The notes under the pieces: generated by a model
Database searches by the model: none
What the model was told of the DNA's origin: nothing
The model's input: the letters and a program-made list of their open reading frames with translations, nothing else
Position numbers and translations under genes: made by a program
Part shown: in pieces, positions 6,041 to 15,969 of the stretch
How positions within the stretch are numbered: position 1 is the first letter of the stretch
How the letters are laid out: every line of letters starts with the position of its first letter
Assembly: GCA_904501985.1 (NCBI GenBank)
Contig: CAJGCT010000002.1
Location: 3,596 to 67,595, forward strand
DNA: 64,000 nucleotides
Direction: 5' to 3'
DNA from: an uncultured Clostridia bacterium
GTDB lineage: Bacteria; Bacillota; Clostridia; Oscillospirales; CAG-272

Positions 6041-7183
6041 ATGAAATTTTTCCATCTGTCCGATCTTCATCTCGGGAAGCGGCTCTTTGAGTTTTCGCTT
6101 ATCGAAGATCAATTATACATACTTGACATGATACTTGAAGCCGCGGACACACACCGTCCCGATGCTGTGGTCATTGCAGGAGATATATACGACAAATCCG
6201 TGCCCACCGCAGAGGCGGTAACACTGTTTGACGGATTTCTTTCAAAACTGCGTCAAAAGAACATCAAAGTGTTAGTAATAAGCGGCAATCACGACTCCCC
6301 GGAAAGAATGGCATTCGCATCAGGACTTCTCAGTGAAGCTGAAATATATGTATCCCCTGTGTGGGACGGAAATGTGACTCCCATTCGTCTTTTTGACTCA
6401 TACGGCGAGGTGAATTTCTATCTTCTCCCATTCATAAAGCCCTCGCACGTGAGAAAATGCTTTCCCGACGCCCCATGCGACTCATATACCGATGCCGTGC
6501 GCATTGCGGTAGAACAAATGGGAATAGATAAGGGACTTCGGAATGTGCTTGTAACTCACCAGTTTATCACAGGCGCATCCCGCTCGGATTCTGAGGAGCT
6601 GAATGTGGGCGGCTCGGATAATGTTGATGTATCTGTGCTCGACGGATTCGATTATGTGGCTCTCGGTCACATACATACGCCCCAGAAAATCACACGTGAC
6701 ACCGTACGCTACTGCGGAACGCCGCTTAAATATTCTTTCTCCGAAGCGGCGCACGAAAAATCCGTTGCCGTAGTTGACATGGGCGAAAAAGGGGATGTGA
6801 AAATAAGTACCCTGCCCCTTGTGCCAAAGCGCGACCTTCGCGAGCTTCGCGGAAGCTACGATTCTCTGACTCTTAAAAAAAATTACGAAAACACCGCGTG
6901 CGGTGACTATCTTCACATCACGCTTACCGATGAGGACGATATTCCGGATGCCATATCAAAGCTCCGTGTCATATACCCGAATCTTATGAAGCTTGATTAC
7001 GATAATCGCCGCACACGTGCAGTAGGTGTGGCAAGTACGGATGCACCGGACGAAAAGCGCACTCCGTTTGAGCTTTTTTCACACTTTTTTGAAAAACAGA
7101 ACGACCGTCCTATGAGTGACGAACAGCAAGCATATATAGAGGAACTTTTTGAAAAGCTCGGTGAAAAGGAGCATAAAAAATGA
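6041..7183 (+). CDS. sbcD: Exonuclease SbcCD, nuclease subunit D (Mre11-type phosphoesterase)
   Basis: MKFFHLSDLHLGK, GDIYD, GNHD and GHIH metallophosphoesterase motifs. Confidence 0.92.
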   Translation: MKFFHLSDLHLGKRLFEFSLIEDQLYILDMILEAADTHRPDAVVIAGDIYDKSVPTAEAVTLFDGFLSKLRQKNIKVLVISGNHDSPERMAFASGLLSEAEIYVSPVWDGNVTPIRLFDSYGEVNFYLLPFIKPSHVRKCFPDAPCDSYTDAVRIAVEQMGIDKGLRNVLVTHQFITGASRSDSEELNVGGSDNVDVSVLDGFDYVALGHIHTPQKITRDTVRYCGTPLKYSFSEAAHEKSVAVVDMGEKGDVKISTLPLVPKRDLRELRGSYDSLTLKKNYENTACGDYLHITLTDEDDIPDAISKLRVIYPNLMKLDYDNRRTRAVGVASTDAPDEKRTPFELFSHFFEKQNDRPMSDEQQAYIEELFEKLGEKEHKK

Positions 7184-9936
7184 GACCTTTAAAACTCACA
7201 ATGCGTGCGTTCGGGCCTTATGCCGATACCGTAACGCTTGATATGGACCGTCTCGGAAAGGACGGACTTTACCTTATCTGCGGCGACACAGGAGCCGGAA
7301 AAACCACGATTTTTGATGCGATCACCTTTGCATTGTACGGAGAAGCAAGCGGCTCTCACCGCGATGCCGCTCAGCTTCGCTCAAAATATGCCGCGTCCGA
7401 TACACCTACCGAGGTGGTGCTTGTCTTTGACTATTCGGGTGATATTTATACTGTGCGCCGCAGTCCCGAATATAAGCGCGAATCAAAGCGCGGCGGCGGT
7501 ATGACAACAAGCCGCGCAGAAGCGGAGCTTATATGCCCTGACGGTACTATTGTTACCAAAATAAAAGAGGTTGATGAGGCTATCCGCACTCTTATGGGAG
7601 TTGACAAAACACAGTTTTGCCAAATAGCCATGATAGCGCAGGGAGATTTCCGTGAGCTTCTGTTTGCCGCCACAGATACCCGTATCAAAATATTCCGCAA
7701 GCTTTTCGGAACAGGTCTGTACAAGGAGCTCCAGGAGGAGTTGAAATCCGCCGCCGCTTCTGCACACCGCGAATATGAGATGCTGTCGTTTGGTGCAAAG
7801 CAGTATCTTGACAGTATATATGCGGACGATTCATTTTCCGATGAACTTGAAGCGGCACGTTCCGGCAAGCTTACCTCAGAAGAAACCTTGGTGCTTGCCG
7901 AAAAAATTATATCCGCCGACAAATCAGAACATACTGCTTTGTCTGAGCGAATGACCGTGATTGAGCGCGAATTATCGGAGCTTGCAAAATCTCTTGGCAA
8001 AGCACAGGAAATTGAGAAAAACAAAAATGCTCTTGAGGATGCCAAGACTCAGCTTATCGCCCGCAGTGCCGCCCTTGATTCCTTGACCGAGGCACTCAAA
8101 CAGGAGAGTGCACGTGCGCCGGAGCGCGACCGTCTCCATGAGCATATCACCCTTACAAAAGGAAATCTGCCAAGATACGATGAGCTTGAAGAACTTCGTG
8201 GGCAGCAGGCAAACGAAATGCGTGGGGTATCCGAAAGTTCATCGGCACTCGCCGATATACTCAGTCAGCATGAGAAAAGCAAAGCTGAACTGCGTATTCT
8301 TTCAGGTGAGGCTGAGGAGCTGTCCCATACGGGTGAAGCCATAGAGCGGCTGGAAGCTGAAAAGCGTGAGCTTTCAGCTCGCAGGCAGGCACTCACCGGA
8401 TTATCACACGAGATTAGTATGTATGGCGCGATGACAAAACAGCGTGATGCCGTAAAAGCGGAATACATACTGATATCCACTCACGCTGAGCAGATGCAGG
8501 CGACCCTTAATAAGCTTAACAAGGCATTTCTTGATGACAGAGCAGGTGTGTTGGCAGAGACGCTCTCCGATGGCTCTCCGTGTCCCGTATGCGGCTCCTG
8601 CCACCATCCGAATCCGGCAAAGAAAGCTCTTCGCGCCCCCACCGAGGAAGAGCTGAAGCAAGCCGCCGAAATAAGCGAAAAAACCATGGCACAAGCCATG
8701 GAGAAAAGTGCGGATGCCGAAAGGCTTATCGGCAAGTGTGATGAAAAATACTCCGCTATACTGAGACTTTCCGCAGAGCTTTTAGGAGCAGAATATGATG
8801 ATATTGAAAACGAATGCAAAAAGCAGACGGATATATGCGACGCTTCAATATCAAAAGTAAGCACCGAGCTTTCCGCCGAACAAAAGCGAATCACAAGGCG
8901 TAGTGAGCTTGCTGTAATTATTCCTAAGCTGACAGCTGAAATTGAAGCGCTTGATACCAAATCACGAAAGCTCAGCGACGAGGTTAATGCCGCCAAAAGC
9001 CGTCTTGGAAATATTGACGAGTCCATAAAAAAGCTGACATCCCTGTTGGAATTTAACAGCCGTCTCTCGGCACAGGAGTGCATTGAAGCCGAAACCGCCG
9101 AGCTTTCAAAGTACCGCGCCGCACTTGAAGATGCCATAACGCGTCACAATGATTGCAAAGCAGAAGTAAGTGGTCTCGGTGAAACCATCTCACTATTGGA
9201 ATCGAGGCTCAAAGATGCCTCTGAAATCGACACCTGTGCGCTTACAGATAAGCACAATACTTTGACAGATGAAAAGCGACTGCTAAGTGAGCGGATTACA
9301 GCCCTTCAGGTACGCATTGAAGCCAACGTATCGGCTCTCACAAAATATCGCTCTGCCGCATACAAGCTTGCATCCGCCGAAAAACAGCTTATATCTCTGC
9401 GAGCTCTTTCCAACACCGCAAACGGCAATATAAGCGGCAGAGAAAAAATAATGCTTGAGACATATGTGCAAATGACTTTCTTTGACCGTATCATATCAAG
9501 AGCCAACACCAGATTTATGCTGATGTCCGGCGGACAGTATGAATTAAAGCGCAGAATAGTTCCTGAGAACAACCGCTCTCAAAGCGGCTTGGAGCTTGAT
9601 GTTGTGGACCACTACAACGGAACGGAGCGGAGCGTTTCCACGCTGTCCGGCGGAGAAGCATTTAAAGCCTCGCTGTCACTTGCACTTGGTTTATCGGATG
9701 AGATACAGTCATCCTCAGGCGGTATCAGACTTGATACCATGTTCGTTGACGAGGGATTCGGCTCTCTTGACGAAAATTCTCTTGCGCAGTCGATCGACAC
9801 TCTCATAAAGCTATCCGACGAATGCCGCCTTGTGGGCATTATATCCCATGTATCCGAGCTTAAAGAGCGGATCGACCGGCGTATTATTGTTACCAAGGAC
9901 CGCACAGGCGGAAGCCGCGCGGAAATTGTAGTGTAA
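7180..9936 (+). CDS. sbcC: Exonuclease SbcCD, ATPase subunit C (Rad50-type SMC-like)
   Basis: Walker A GDTGAGKTT, long coiled coil, zinc hook CPVCGS, signature LSGGE and Walker B FVDEGFG. The start overlaps the sbcD stop. Confidence 0.92.
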   Translation: MRPLKLTMRAFGPYADTVTLDMDRLGKDGLYLICGDTGAGKTTIFDAITFALYGEASGSHRDAAQLRSKYAASDTPTEVVLVFDYSGDIYTVRRSPEYKRESKRGGGMTTSRAEAELICPDGTIVTKIKEVDEAIRTLMGVDKTQFCQIAMIAQGDFRELLFAATDTRIKIFRKLFGTGLYKELQEELKSAAASAHREYEMLSFGAKQYLDSIYADDSFSDELEAARSGKLTSEETLVLAEKIISADKSEHTALSERMTVIERELSELAKSLGKAQEIEKNKNALEDAKTQLIARSAALDSLTEALKQESARAPERDRLHEHITLTKGNLPRYDELEELRGQQANEMRGVSESSSALADILSQHEKSKAELRILSGEAEELSHTGEAIERLEAEKRELSARRQALTGLSHEISMYGAMTKQRDAVKAEYILISTHAEQMQATLNKLNKAFLDDRAGVLAETLSDGSPCPVCGSCHHPNPAKKALRAPTEEELKQAAEISEKTMAQAMEKSADAERLIGKCDEKYSAILRLSAELLGAEYDDIENECKKQTDICDASISKVSTELSAEQKRITRRSELAVIIPKLTAEIEALDTKSRKLSDEVNAAKSRLGNIDESIKKLTSLLEFNSRLSAQECIEAETAELSKYRAALEDAITRHNDCKAEVSGLGETISLLESRLKDASEIDTCALTDKHNTLTDEKRLLSERITALQVRIEANVSALTKYRSAAYKLASAEKQLISLRALSNTANGNISGREKIMLETYVQMTFFDRIISRANTRFMLMSGGQYELKRRIVPENNRSQSGLELDVVDHYNGTERSVSTLSGGEAFKASLSLALGLSDEIQSSSGGIRLDTMFVDEGFGSLDENSLAQSIDTLIKLSDECRLVGIISHVSELKERIDRRIIVTKDRTGGSRAEIVV

Positions 9937-9950
9937 TAAGCGTTCTACGC

Positions 9951-9987
9951 AAAAAACAAGGTCAACCGTTTTGATTGACCTTGTTTT
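9951..9987. terminator. Bidirectional terminator between sbcC and the PPIase gene
   Basis: AAAAACAAGGTCAA-N9-TTGACCTTGTTTTT. Confidence 0.8.
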
Positions 9988-9998
9988 TGATTTGGTTA

Positions 9999-11075
9999 TT
10001 ACTCTGCCACGGAAGCATCAAGTCCGTCTACAAGATTTCCGTTGTCAATAATAAACTGAGGAAGAATTTCCTGATACAGCATAAACTGCTTTATATAGGG
10101 CTTGCCGTACTGTTCTACCTGCTCTGTATAACCTGCGGCTTCAATATCCGCGTCGATAACAGTAATGCCTTCGATTTCCGCAATAGCCTGTGCCGCAAGA
10201 TAAAGCTTAGCATCCGCAATATACGTCTCCTTGCCGGCTTCAATATATGCATCCTTTGAATCATAACCCATAAGGGACATATACTCATCTAAGGTATATC
10301 CGTAATTTGCCGCCTCGGTTTCGTAATATGACATCTCGTAATTTATAAGATAATCCACAACGCTCTGAGGAACCTCCTCACAAACAGCCTCAGCAAGAAG
10401 GTCAGTGAAGAAATAGAACTTGTCCATGTTTACGCGCCACTCTTTGATATCCTCAATAAGAGCCTCGGCACTCTCAAATCCATAGTCAGCCGCCATTTCA
10501 TCGGTAAGCTCAGCTTCAATGTATTCGCCGCGTATATAGTTGATAGTCACATCAAACACAGCCTCTTTGCCGTTAAGGTCTTCTCTGCCGTAATCTTCCG
10601 GATAAGTTACCGTAACGCTGAAAGTCTCACCCGGAGTATGTCCGATAAGCTGCTCTAAAAATCCCTCAACATACTCAGTTACACCGATAGTTACTTCCGT
10701 GCCGAGTCCGCCGGTGTTGGCACCGTCGAACTGTACACCGTCAATCTTTCCAACATAGTCGATATTGAGTGTGTCTCCGTCTTCCACCGCACGGTCCTTT
10801 ATCTGCTCATAGTAGCTGTAGGATGAGGTGATACCCGAAATTTCTTTCTCCACCTCCTCATCGGATGCAACAGGAATACCGCTGTCAATGTCAACACCCT
10901 TGTATTCAGGGAGAGTCACAATATCAGATGCTTTAATTCCCTCAAAGAATCCGTTCTCGTCAAGACCGTTGCTGTAATTGTAGACAGAGCCTGCATTTGA
11001 ATTTCCGCAGGCAGTAACGGATGCCGCAAGCAGTAATGCAAGCGCTGCGGCTGTAATTTTGTTAGCTGCTTTCAT
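9999..11075 (-). CDS. Lipoprotein with a trigger-factor-like FKBP-type peptidyl-prolyl isomerase domain
   Basis: Lipobox signal peptide (LLLAASVTAC) and FKBP-like core (GDTLNIDYVGKIDGVQFDGANTGG). Confidence 0.75.
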   Translation of the reverse strand: MKAANKITAAALALLLAASVTACGNSNAGSVYNYSNGLDENGFFEGIKASDIVTLPEYKGVDIDSGIPVASDEEVEKEISGITSSYSYYEQIKDRAVEDGDTLNIDYVGKIDGVQFDGANTGGLGTEVTIGVTEYVEGFLEQLIGHTPGETFSVTVTYPEDYGREDLNGKEAVFDVTINYIRGEYIEAELTDEMAADYGFESAEALIEDIKEWRVNMDKFYFFTDLLAEAVCEEVPQSVVDYLINYEMSYYETEAANYGYTLDEYMSLMGYDSKDAYIEAGKETYIADAKLYLAAQAIAEIEGITVIDADIEAAGYTEQVEQYGKPYIKQFMLYQEILPQFIIDNGNLVDGLDASVAE

Positions 11076-11127
11076 TTTTTTACTCCATTCTTATCTAAAA
11101 TTCTTATATTTCCCACCCAAAGTCTTA

Positions 11128-12021
11128 TTAAGACTCCGGATAATAGGGCTTACAAAGGTGTGAGGGAATGCCTCGATCAAACAGTGCTCTCTGCGCCGAT
11201 TGGGCAAGGCTTTCTGTCTCGAAAATACCGAAAACCGACGGTCCGCTTCCGCTCATCATAGCACGCAGTGCACCGGTCGACGACAGTATGTCCTTTATTT
11301 CACGTGCCTCGGCGTGATGTGGAAGCACCGCAGATTCAAATATATTGGTCATTCCATTGGCGATAGCCGGAAGCTCACCGGTTTCAATAAGTGCCGCAAA
11401 TTCGCCTGCATCCACACTGCGAGCGGAAAAATCATACATTTCGTCAAGCTTTTTATATGCGGCGGGCGTTGAAATGCCCTCACCGCGGCAGGCGATAACG
11501 ATATGACAGTCGGGAAGCGGTGCACAGGGCAAAAATACGTCGCCGATGCCCTTTGTAATGCTTATGCCCTGCATTATGCAGAATGGCACGTCCGCACCGA
11601 TCTTTCGCGCAAGCGCACACAGCTCACTTTTTGAAAAAACACCGTTATACAACTCATTAAGTGCCGCAAGCGTCGCCGCGGCATCGGAGCTTCCGCCCCC
11701 AAGTCCTGCCGCCATTGGTATATGTTTATCAATGCTTATAGACAGATCGTACATCTTCACATCTGCCGCTTCAAAAAAGAGCTTCGCGGCACGGTAACAT
11801 AAATTCCGCTCATCACGGGGCACATCGGGAACGGAGCACTCAACAGATATGTTCTGTCCCGTGCCCTCTTTAATCACAAATGTAAGCTCGTCAAAAAGCG
11901 ATACCGTCTGCATAACGCTTTCAATATCATGATACCCGTCAGGGCGGCGTGCACTCACTTCAAGGAACAGATTTATCTTGGCAGGTGCCTTTTTAATTAT
12001 CCTTGTCATAATTATGACCAT
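11128..12021 (-). CDS. ispE: 4-(cytidine 5'-diphospho)-2-C-methyl-D-erythritol kinase
   Basis: KAPAKINLFLEV N-terminus and GHMP kinase motif PMAAGLGGGSSDAA. The true start may be the internal MTRII (12009). Confidence 0.9.
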   Translation of the reverse strand: MVIIMTRIIKKAPAKINLFLEVSARRPDGYHDIESVMQTVSLFDELTFVIKEGTGQNISVECSVPDVPRDERNLCYRAAKLFFEAADVKMYDLSISIDKHIPMAAGLGGGSSDAAATLAALNELYNGVFSKSELCALARKIGADVPFCIMQGISITKGIGDVFLPCAPLPDCHIVIACRGEGISTPAAYKKLDEMYDFSARSVDAGEFAALIETGELPAIANGMTNIFESAVLPHHAEAREIKDILSSTGALRAMMSGSGPSVFGIFETESLAQSAQRALFDRGIPSHLCKPYYPES

Positions 12022-12160
12022 GACTTTCGCGAAGCGAAAGTTTCCTTTCTAAGCGATGCAAAGCATCGCATGGAGTTCGGGGCTGGTTTGCGAAGCAAAA
12101 CATTGCCGGGACGGCGATGTAAGCCACAAAACACAGTCTGAAAAATTTATTTTTCAGACT
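12022..12160. repeat. Array of short hairpins plus a terminator downstream of the DUF362 gene
   Basis: ACTTTCGCgaaGCGAAAGT, GCGATGCaaaGCATCGC, GTTTGCgaaGCAAAAC, then CAGTCTGAAAAAT-tta-TTTTTCAGACT. Confidence 0.6.
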
Positions 12161-13348
12161 TCATCCGCCGATCAGCTTTATGATCGGATTTTTCCTTATT
12201 TTTACCGCCTTGATGGGACAAAGCTCCTGACAGCAGTAACACCTTATGCAGTCATCGTTTATAATGACTGCTTTCTTTTTTCCTTTCTTATCCGTCTTAA
12301 GCACAACTGTATGCCGCGGACAGCTTCTTACACACTCGCCGCATCCAACGCAGACTCCGTTATCTACAACAGGCTTTGGCTGAAGCCACGCATTGAGTCT
12401 GCCGCCGAACATACTCGGAAGCCTTGCAAGAAGCGAGCTTGCGCCTTTACGCTTTGCGGTATCCGGCTTTAAGAAATCATCCACCACGAAGCTGTCAAGC
12501 GGTTCTGCGGACATAAGATTAACCTCATCCGCCCCCATGGGACAGTAACCGCGCCGCACACCCTCATCAAGCATAATAACGCCATCGGTTTTGATAACAG
12601 ACGCGCCGATAATGTCAACCACAAAGGGATTCACACCCGATATAAGGCAGTCAAGCCGTCTGGGATTGCCGCCTGTAGGTCCGTTGCCCTCCATGGCTAA
12701 AATACCGTCAAGCACATTGAATGTGGGCTTGTTTTCAAGTATCATCTCACAGAGATCTGCAAGCATAGAACCAAAATCGTTATAATCGGGGAATCTTGCG
12801 TGCATCTCAAATTTTGTAACGCCCGGAACAGTGCCGAAATAGTTCTTCACCGCACCGCTGTAGCCTGTCAGAGAGTGACTTTTCAGCTTGGCAAGGTTGA
12901 CAATAACATCCGCTTCAAGTATTGGCGTGATGATGTCAAACATCTTTGATGTTTTGCCGCTCGGTGCATCCTTCGGACGCGATCCTGTGTCATAATTGAG
13001 GCTGACGCCGTATCGCTCTGCTACATCCAAAATGCCGCATCCGCGGTATGTGGCTTTCAGCGTCTCTTTCGTATAAAGACCACCCGGACTTTCTGCGATT
13101 ATTATATCCGCCGCACGCTCCTTTAATATGCGTATCATGGCTTCAAGCACCACGGGATGGGTCGTTGCCGCCACTTCCGGTGCTTTTTTCATAACCATAT
13201 TTGGCTTTATCACAACGCGCTTTGAATCAAACATATTTTCTACACCAAGCCGTGCAAGCTGTGAGCGTATCGTCTTCTCAATAGCGTCGACATCATATCC
13301 CACCACACGGTCAAGTGCCGCCGGGGAATTCAAATCTATATTTCTCAT
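12161..13348 (-). CDS. DUF362-family protein with a C-terminal 2x[4Fe-4S] ferredoxin-type domain
   Basis: DUF362-like N-terminal region (VVIKPNMV...THP) and CVGCGECVRSCP / CIRCYCCQELCP motifs. Confidence 0.75.
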   Translation of the reverse strand: MRNIDLNSPAALDRVVGYDVDAIEKTIRSQLARLGVENMFDSKRVVIKPNMVMKKAPEVAATTHPVVLEAMIRILKERAADIIIAESPGGLYTKETLKATYRGCGILDVAERYGVSLNYDTGSRPKDAPSGKTSKMFDIITPILEADVIVNLAKLKSHSLTGYSGAVKNYFGTVPGVTKFEMHARFPDYNDFGSMLADLCEMILENKPTFNVLDGILAMEGNGPTGGNPRRLDCLISGVNPFVVDIIGASVIKTDGVIMLDEGVRRGYCPMGADEVNLMSAEPLDSFVVDDFLKPDTAKRKGASSLLARLPSMFGGRLNAWLQPKPVVDNGVCVGCGECVRSCPRHTVVLKTDKKGKKKAVIINDDCIRCYCCQELCPIKAVKIRKNPIIKLIGG

Positions 13349-13354
13349 AATAGG

Positions 13355-14620
13355 CTATTTTCTAACACAAACAGATGTAAAATCACGTACAAATTCCGGA
13401 TAGGATTTCCCGATACAGCTCATGTCGTCAACAATAACATCTCCCGTACATCCCACAGATGCCGCCGCTGCTGCCATAGCTATTCTATGGTCATTTTCCG
13501 AGCACACTACGCCGCCGGCAAGTGAGCTTTTTCCTGTAATTACAAGTCCGTCCTCTGTCTCACTTACGTCAGCACCGATGGCTCTCAGCATATTGGCGGT
13601 TGAAGCAATTCTGTCGCTTTCCTTTATGCGAAGACGCCCTGCGTTGTAGATACGTGTCGTCCCCTCTGCAAAAGCCGCCATTACGGCAAGCGCAGGCACA
13701 AGATCAGGTATATCCGCGGCATCTATGTCCGAAGCCGTAAGCTTTTCGCCCTTTGCAACGGTTACGTCGCCGCCGTTCCATTCAACACGCGCTCCAAAGC
13801 GGCTCACGATATCAAAAAGTGCAAAATCGCCCTGCTTTGTATCACGCCTGATACCGCTCATTGTAACTCTTCCGCCGATTGCCGCCGCCACAGCAAAAAA
13901 TGCCGCCTGTGAGCAGTCGCCCTCCACATATATGTCACGAGGCTTAAGCTTTCCGCCTCTTACAAGATAGCCGAAGTCGGTTTCGGTAATATCCGCACCA
14001 AATTCGGTGAGCATATCAACAGTAAGATCGACATAAGGCTTGCTTTCAAGCCGCGTGGTGATCACTATACCGCTCTCACCCAAGATCGCAGACAGTGCAT
14101 AGAGAAGTCCCGTGACAAACTGCGATGAAATATCGCCGGGAAGCGAATATTCTCCGGCAGAAATTTGTCCCGAAACCTCAAGGGGGAGAAAATCTCCGTC
14201 AGATGTATAGGTAAGGTGCGCCCCATTTGCTTCAAGCATAGGCTTGTATATATCAGTGGGGCGTTTTGGAAGTCTGCCCTCACCAACAAATGTTGCCTTG
14301 ACATCAAGTGCCGCCGCAAGCGGAATGAAAAAACGTAGAGTTGACGCCGATTCACCGCAGTTCACGTTCCCGGCGCAAATACCGCCCACACAGGGTCTGT
14401 CAACATAAAACGTATGCTGTGCCTCATCATAGGTAAGCTCAGCTCCAAATGCGCGAAGCGCATCCGCTGTTGCGGCAATATCATTTGAGATATCAACGCC
14501 GCGCACAGTGGAATTGCCAGCCAGAGCCGCACACATAAGCGCACGGTGTGATTGACTTTTCGATGACGGTATACGAAGCCTTCCGTCAATAACAGAAGGG
14601 GAAAATATCATATTTTTCAA
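13355..14620 (-). CDS. aroA: 3-phosphoshikimate 1-carboxyvinyltransferase (EPSP synthase)
   Basis: LRIPSSKSQSHRALMCAALA and typical EPSP synthase length and motifs. Confidence 0.92.
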   Translation of the reverse strand: MKNMIFSPSVIDGRLRIPSSKSQSHRALMCAALAGNSTVRGVDISNDIAATADALRAFGAELTYDEAQHTFYVDRPCVGGICAGNVNCGESASTLRFFIPLAAALDVKATFVGEGRLPKRPTDIYKPMLEANGAHLTYTSDGDFLPLEVSGQISAGEYSLPGDISSQFVTGLLYALSAILGESGIVITTRLESKPYVDLTVDMLTEFGADITETDFGYLVRGGKLKPRDIYVEGDCSQAAFFAVAAAIGGRVTMSGIRRDTKQGDFALFDIVSRFGARVEWNGGDVTVAKGEKLTASDIDAADIPDLVPALAVMAAFAEGTTRIYNAGRLRIKESDRIASTANMLRAIGADVSETEDGLVITGKSSLAGGVVCSENDHRIAMAAAAASVGCTGDVIVDDMSCIGKSYPEFVRDFTSVCVRK

Positions 14621-14677
14621 GATTTAATTACCCCGTTGGTATAAATTTTCGAAAATGATGGATTCACAGTCACTTTT

Positions 14678-15727
14678 TTAAAATATCTTCATTATTTCAT
14701 CAAGCCCTGAAAGCGATACATTTCTTATCACCGCTTTGCCGAGTTTTTCAAGAAGTATAAACTTTACCGAATCGGCAGTGCGTTTTTTGTCGGAGCGGAC
14801 GATCTTCATGAGCTCCTCTGCCGGATAATCCATCACAGTTGGAAGCGACCATTTTTCAAGTACATCGCGGATTCTTGATTCATACCCGCCATCGTATCCA
14901 AGCGTCGCACCGATCCGTGCCGCATACAGCATTCCGATACCGACCGATTCACCGTGAGAGAACCGCTCAAATCCGCCAAGCTTCTCCACCGCATGTCCCA
15001 CGGTATGACCGTAATTAAGTATAGCGCGGATCCCCTGCTCAAACTCGTCTTCCTCAACCACGCTCGCCTTTATCTTCATACAGCGGTATATGAGCTCCGA
15101 GCGGGATATAGTTTTGTTTTCGATTCCAATGAAAAGCTCTTCATCGGCAATGCATCCGTATTTTATAGCCTCGCCCATTCCGTCGTCCATATAACGCTTA
15201 GGAAGTGTATCAAGGAAACGGCTGTCCGCAATCACCGCCGCAGGCTGATGGAAAGCCCCCACAAGATTCTTTCCGATGGAAAGATCAACGCCGGTCTTAC
15301 CTCCGATTGATGAATCTATCTGCGAGAGGAGCGTGGTGGGTATTTGCAGTACCGCAACGCCGCGAAGGTACGTTGCCGCCGCAAACCCTGCCATATCTCC
15401 GCACACACCGCCTCCGAGAGCGATAACAAGCGACTTTCTCGTAAGACTCGCCGACGCAAACGACGTGTACATATCGGAAACGGTCTCAAGACGTTTGCTA
15501 AGCTCGCCTGCCGGGAAAATATGCTCACCGGCAAGCTCTGCGCCGCACTTTGAAAGCCCCGTTTTAATATGCTCGCCCCAGAGCGAGTACACATTGCTGT
15601 CAGAGACGAGGAACACTCTGTCATATGCTGCTCCGGCAAGCACTTCACAAAGAGCCTCCGACAAAATATCCTCGCCCGAATATATATTGTAACTGCCGCC
15701 TGAATGGGCGACTTTTATTTGTTTCAT
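14678..15727 (-). CDS. aroB: 3-dehydroquinate synthase
   Basis: GGGVCGDMAGFAAATYLRGV...IPTTLLSQIDSSIGGKTG. Confidence 0.92.
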   Translation of the reverse strand: MKQIKVAHSGGSYNIYSGEDILSEALCEVLAGAAYDRVFLVSDSNVYSLWGEHIKTGLSKCGAELAGEHIFPAGELSKRLETVSDMYTSFASASLTRKSLVIALGGGVCGDMAGFAAATYLRGVAVLQIPTTLLSQIDSSIGGKTGVDLSIGKNLVGAFHQPAAVIADSRFLDTLPKRYMDDGMGEAIKYGCIADEELFIGIENKTISRSELIYRCMKIKASVVEEDEFEQGIRAILNYGHTVGHAVEKLGGFERFSHGESVGIGMLYAARIGATLGYDGGYESRIRDVLEKWSLPTVMDYPAEELMKIVRSDKKRTADSVKFILLEKLGKAVIRNVSLSGLDEIMKIF

Positions 15728-15969
15728 GATAGTGTACCTCTTGAATATTTAACCATACACTAATAATATATCACAAATCCCGCCAATTTGCAATGATACA
15801 GGCGGTAAATTTTAAGTTTTTTCATAAATTCCGGTATATTTAAGCCAAAAGAGAAGCTATATTTGAAAAATATGTTAAATGTTTTCGTTACTTTCGGAAA
15901 CCACTTGACAACACATCGTTTTTTGAAGTATAATTTTAATGAGTAATAATAACTAATGGAGGAACTGAG

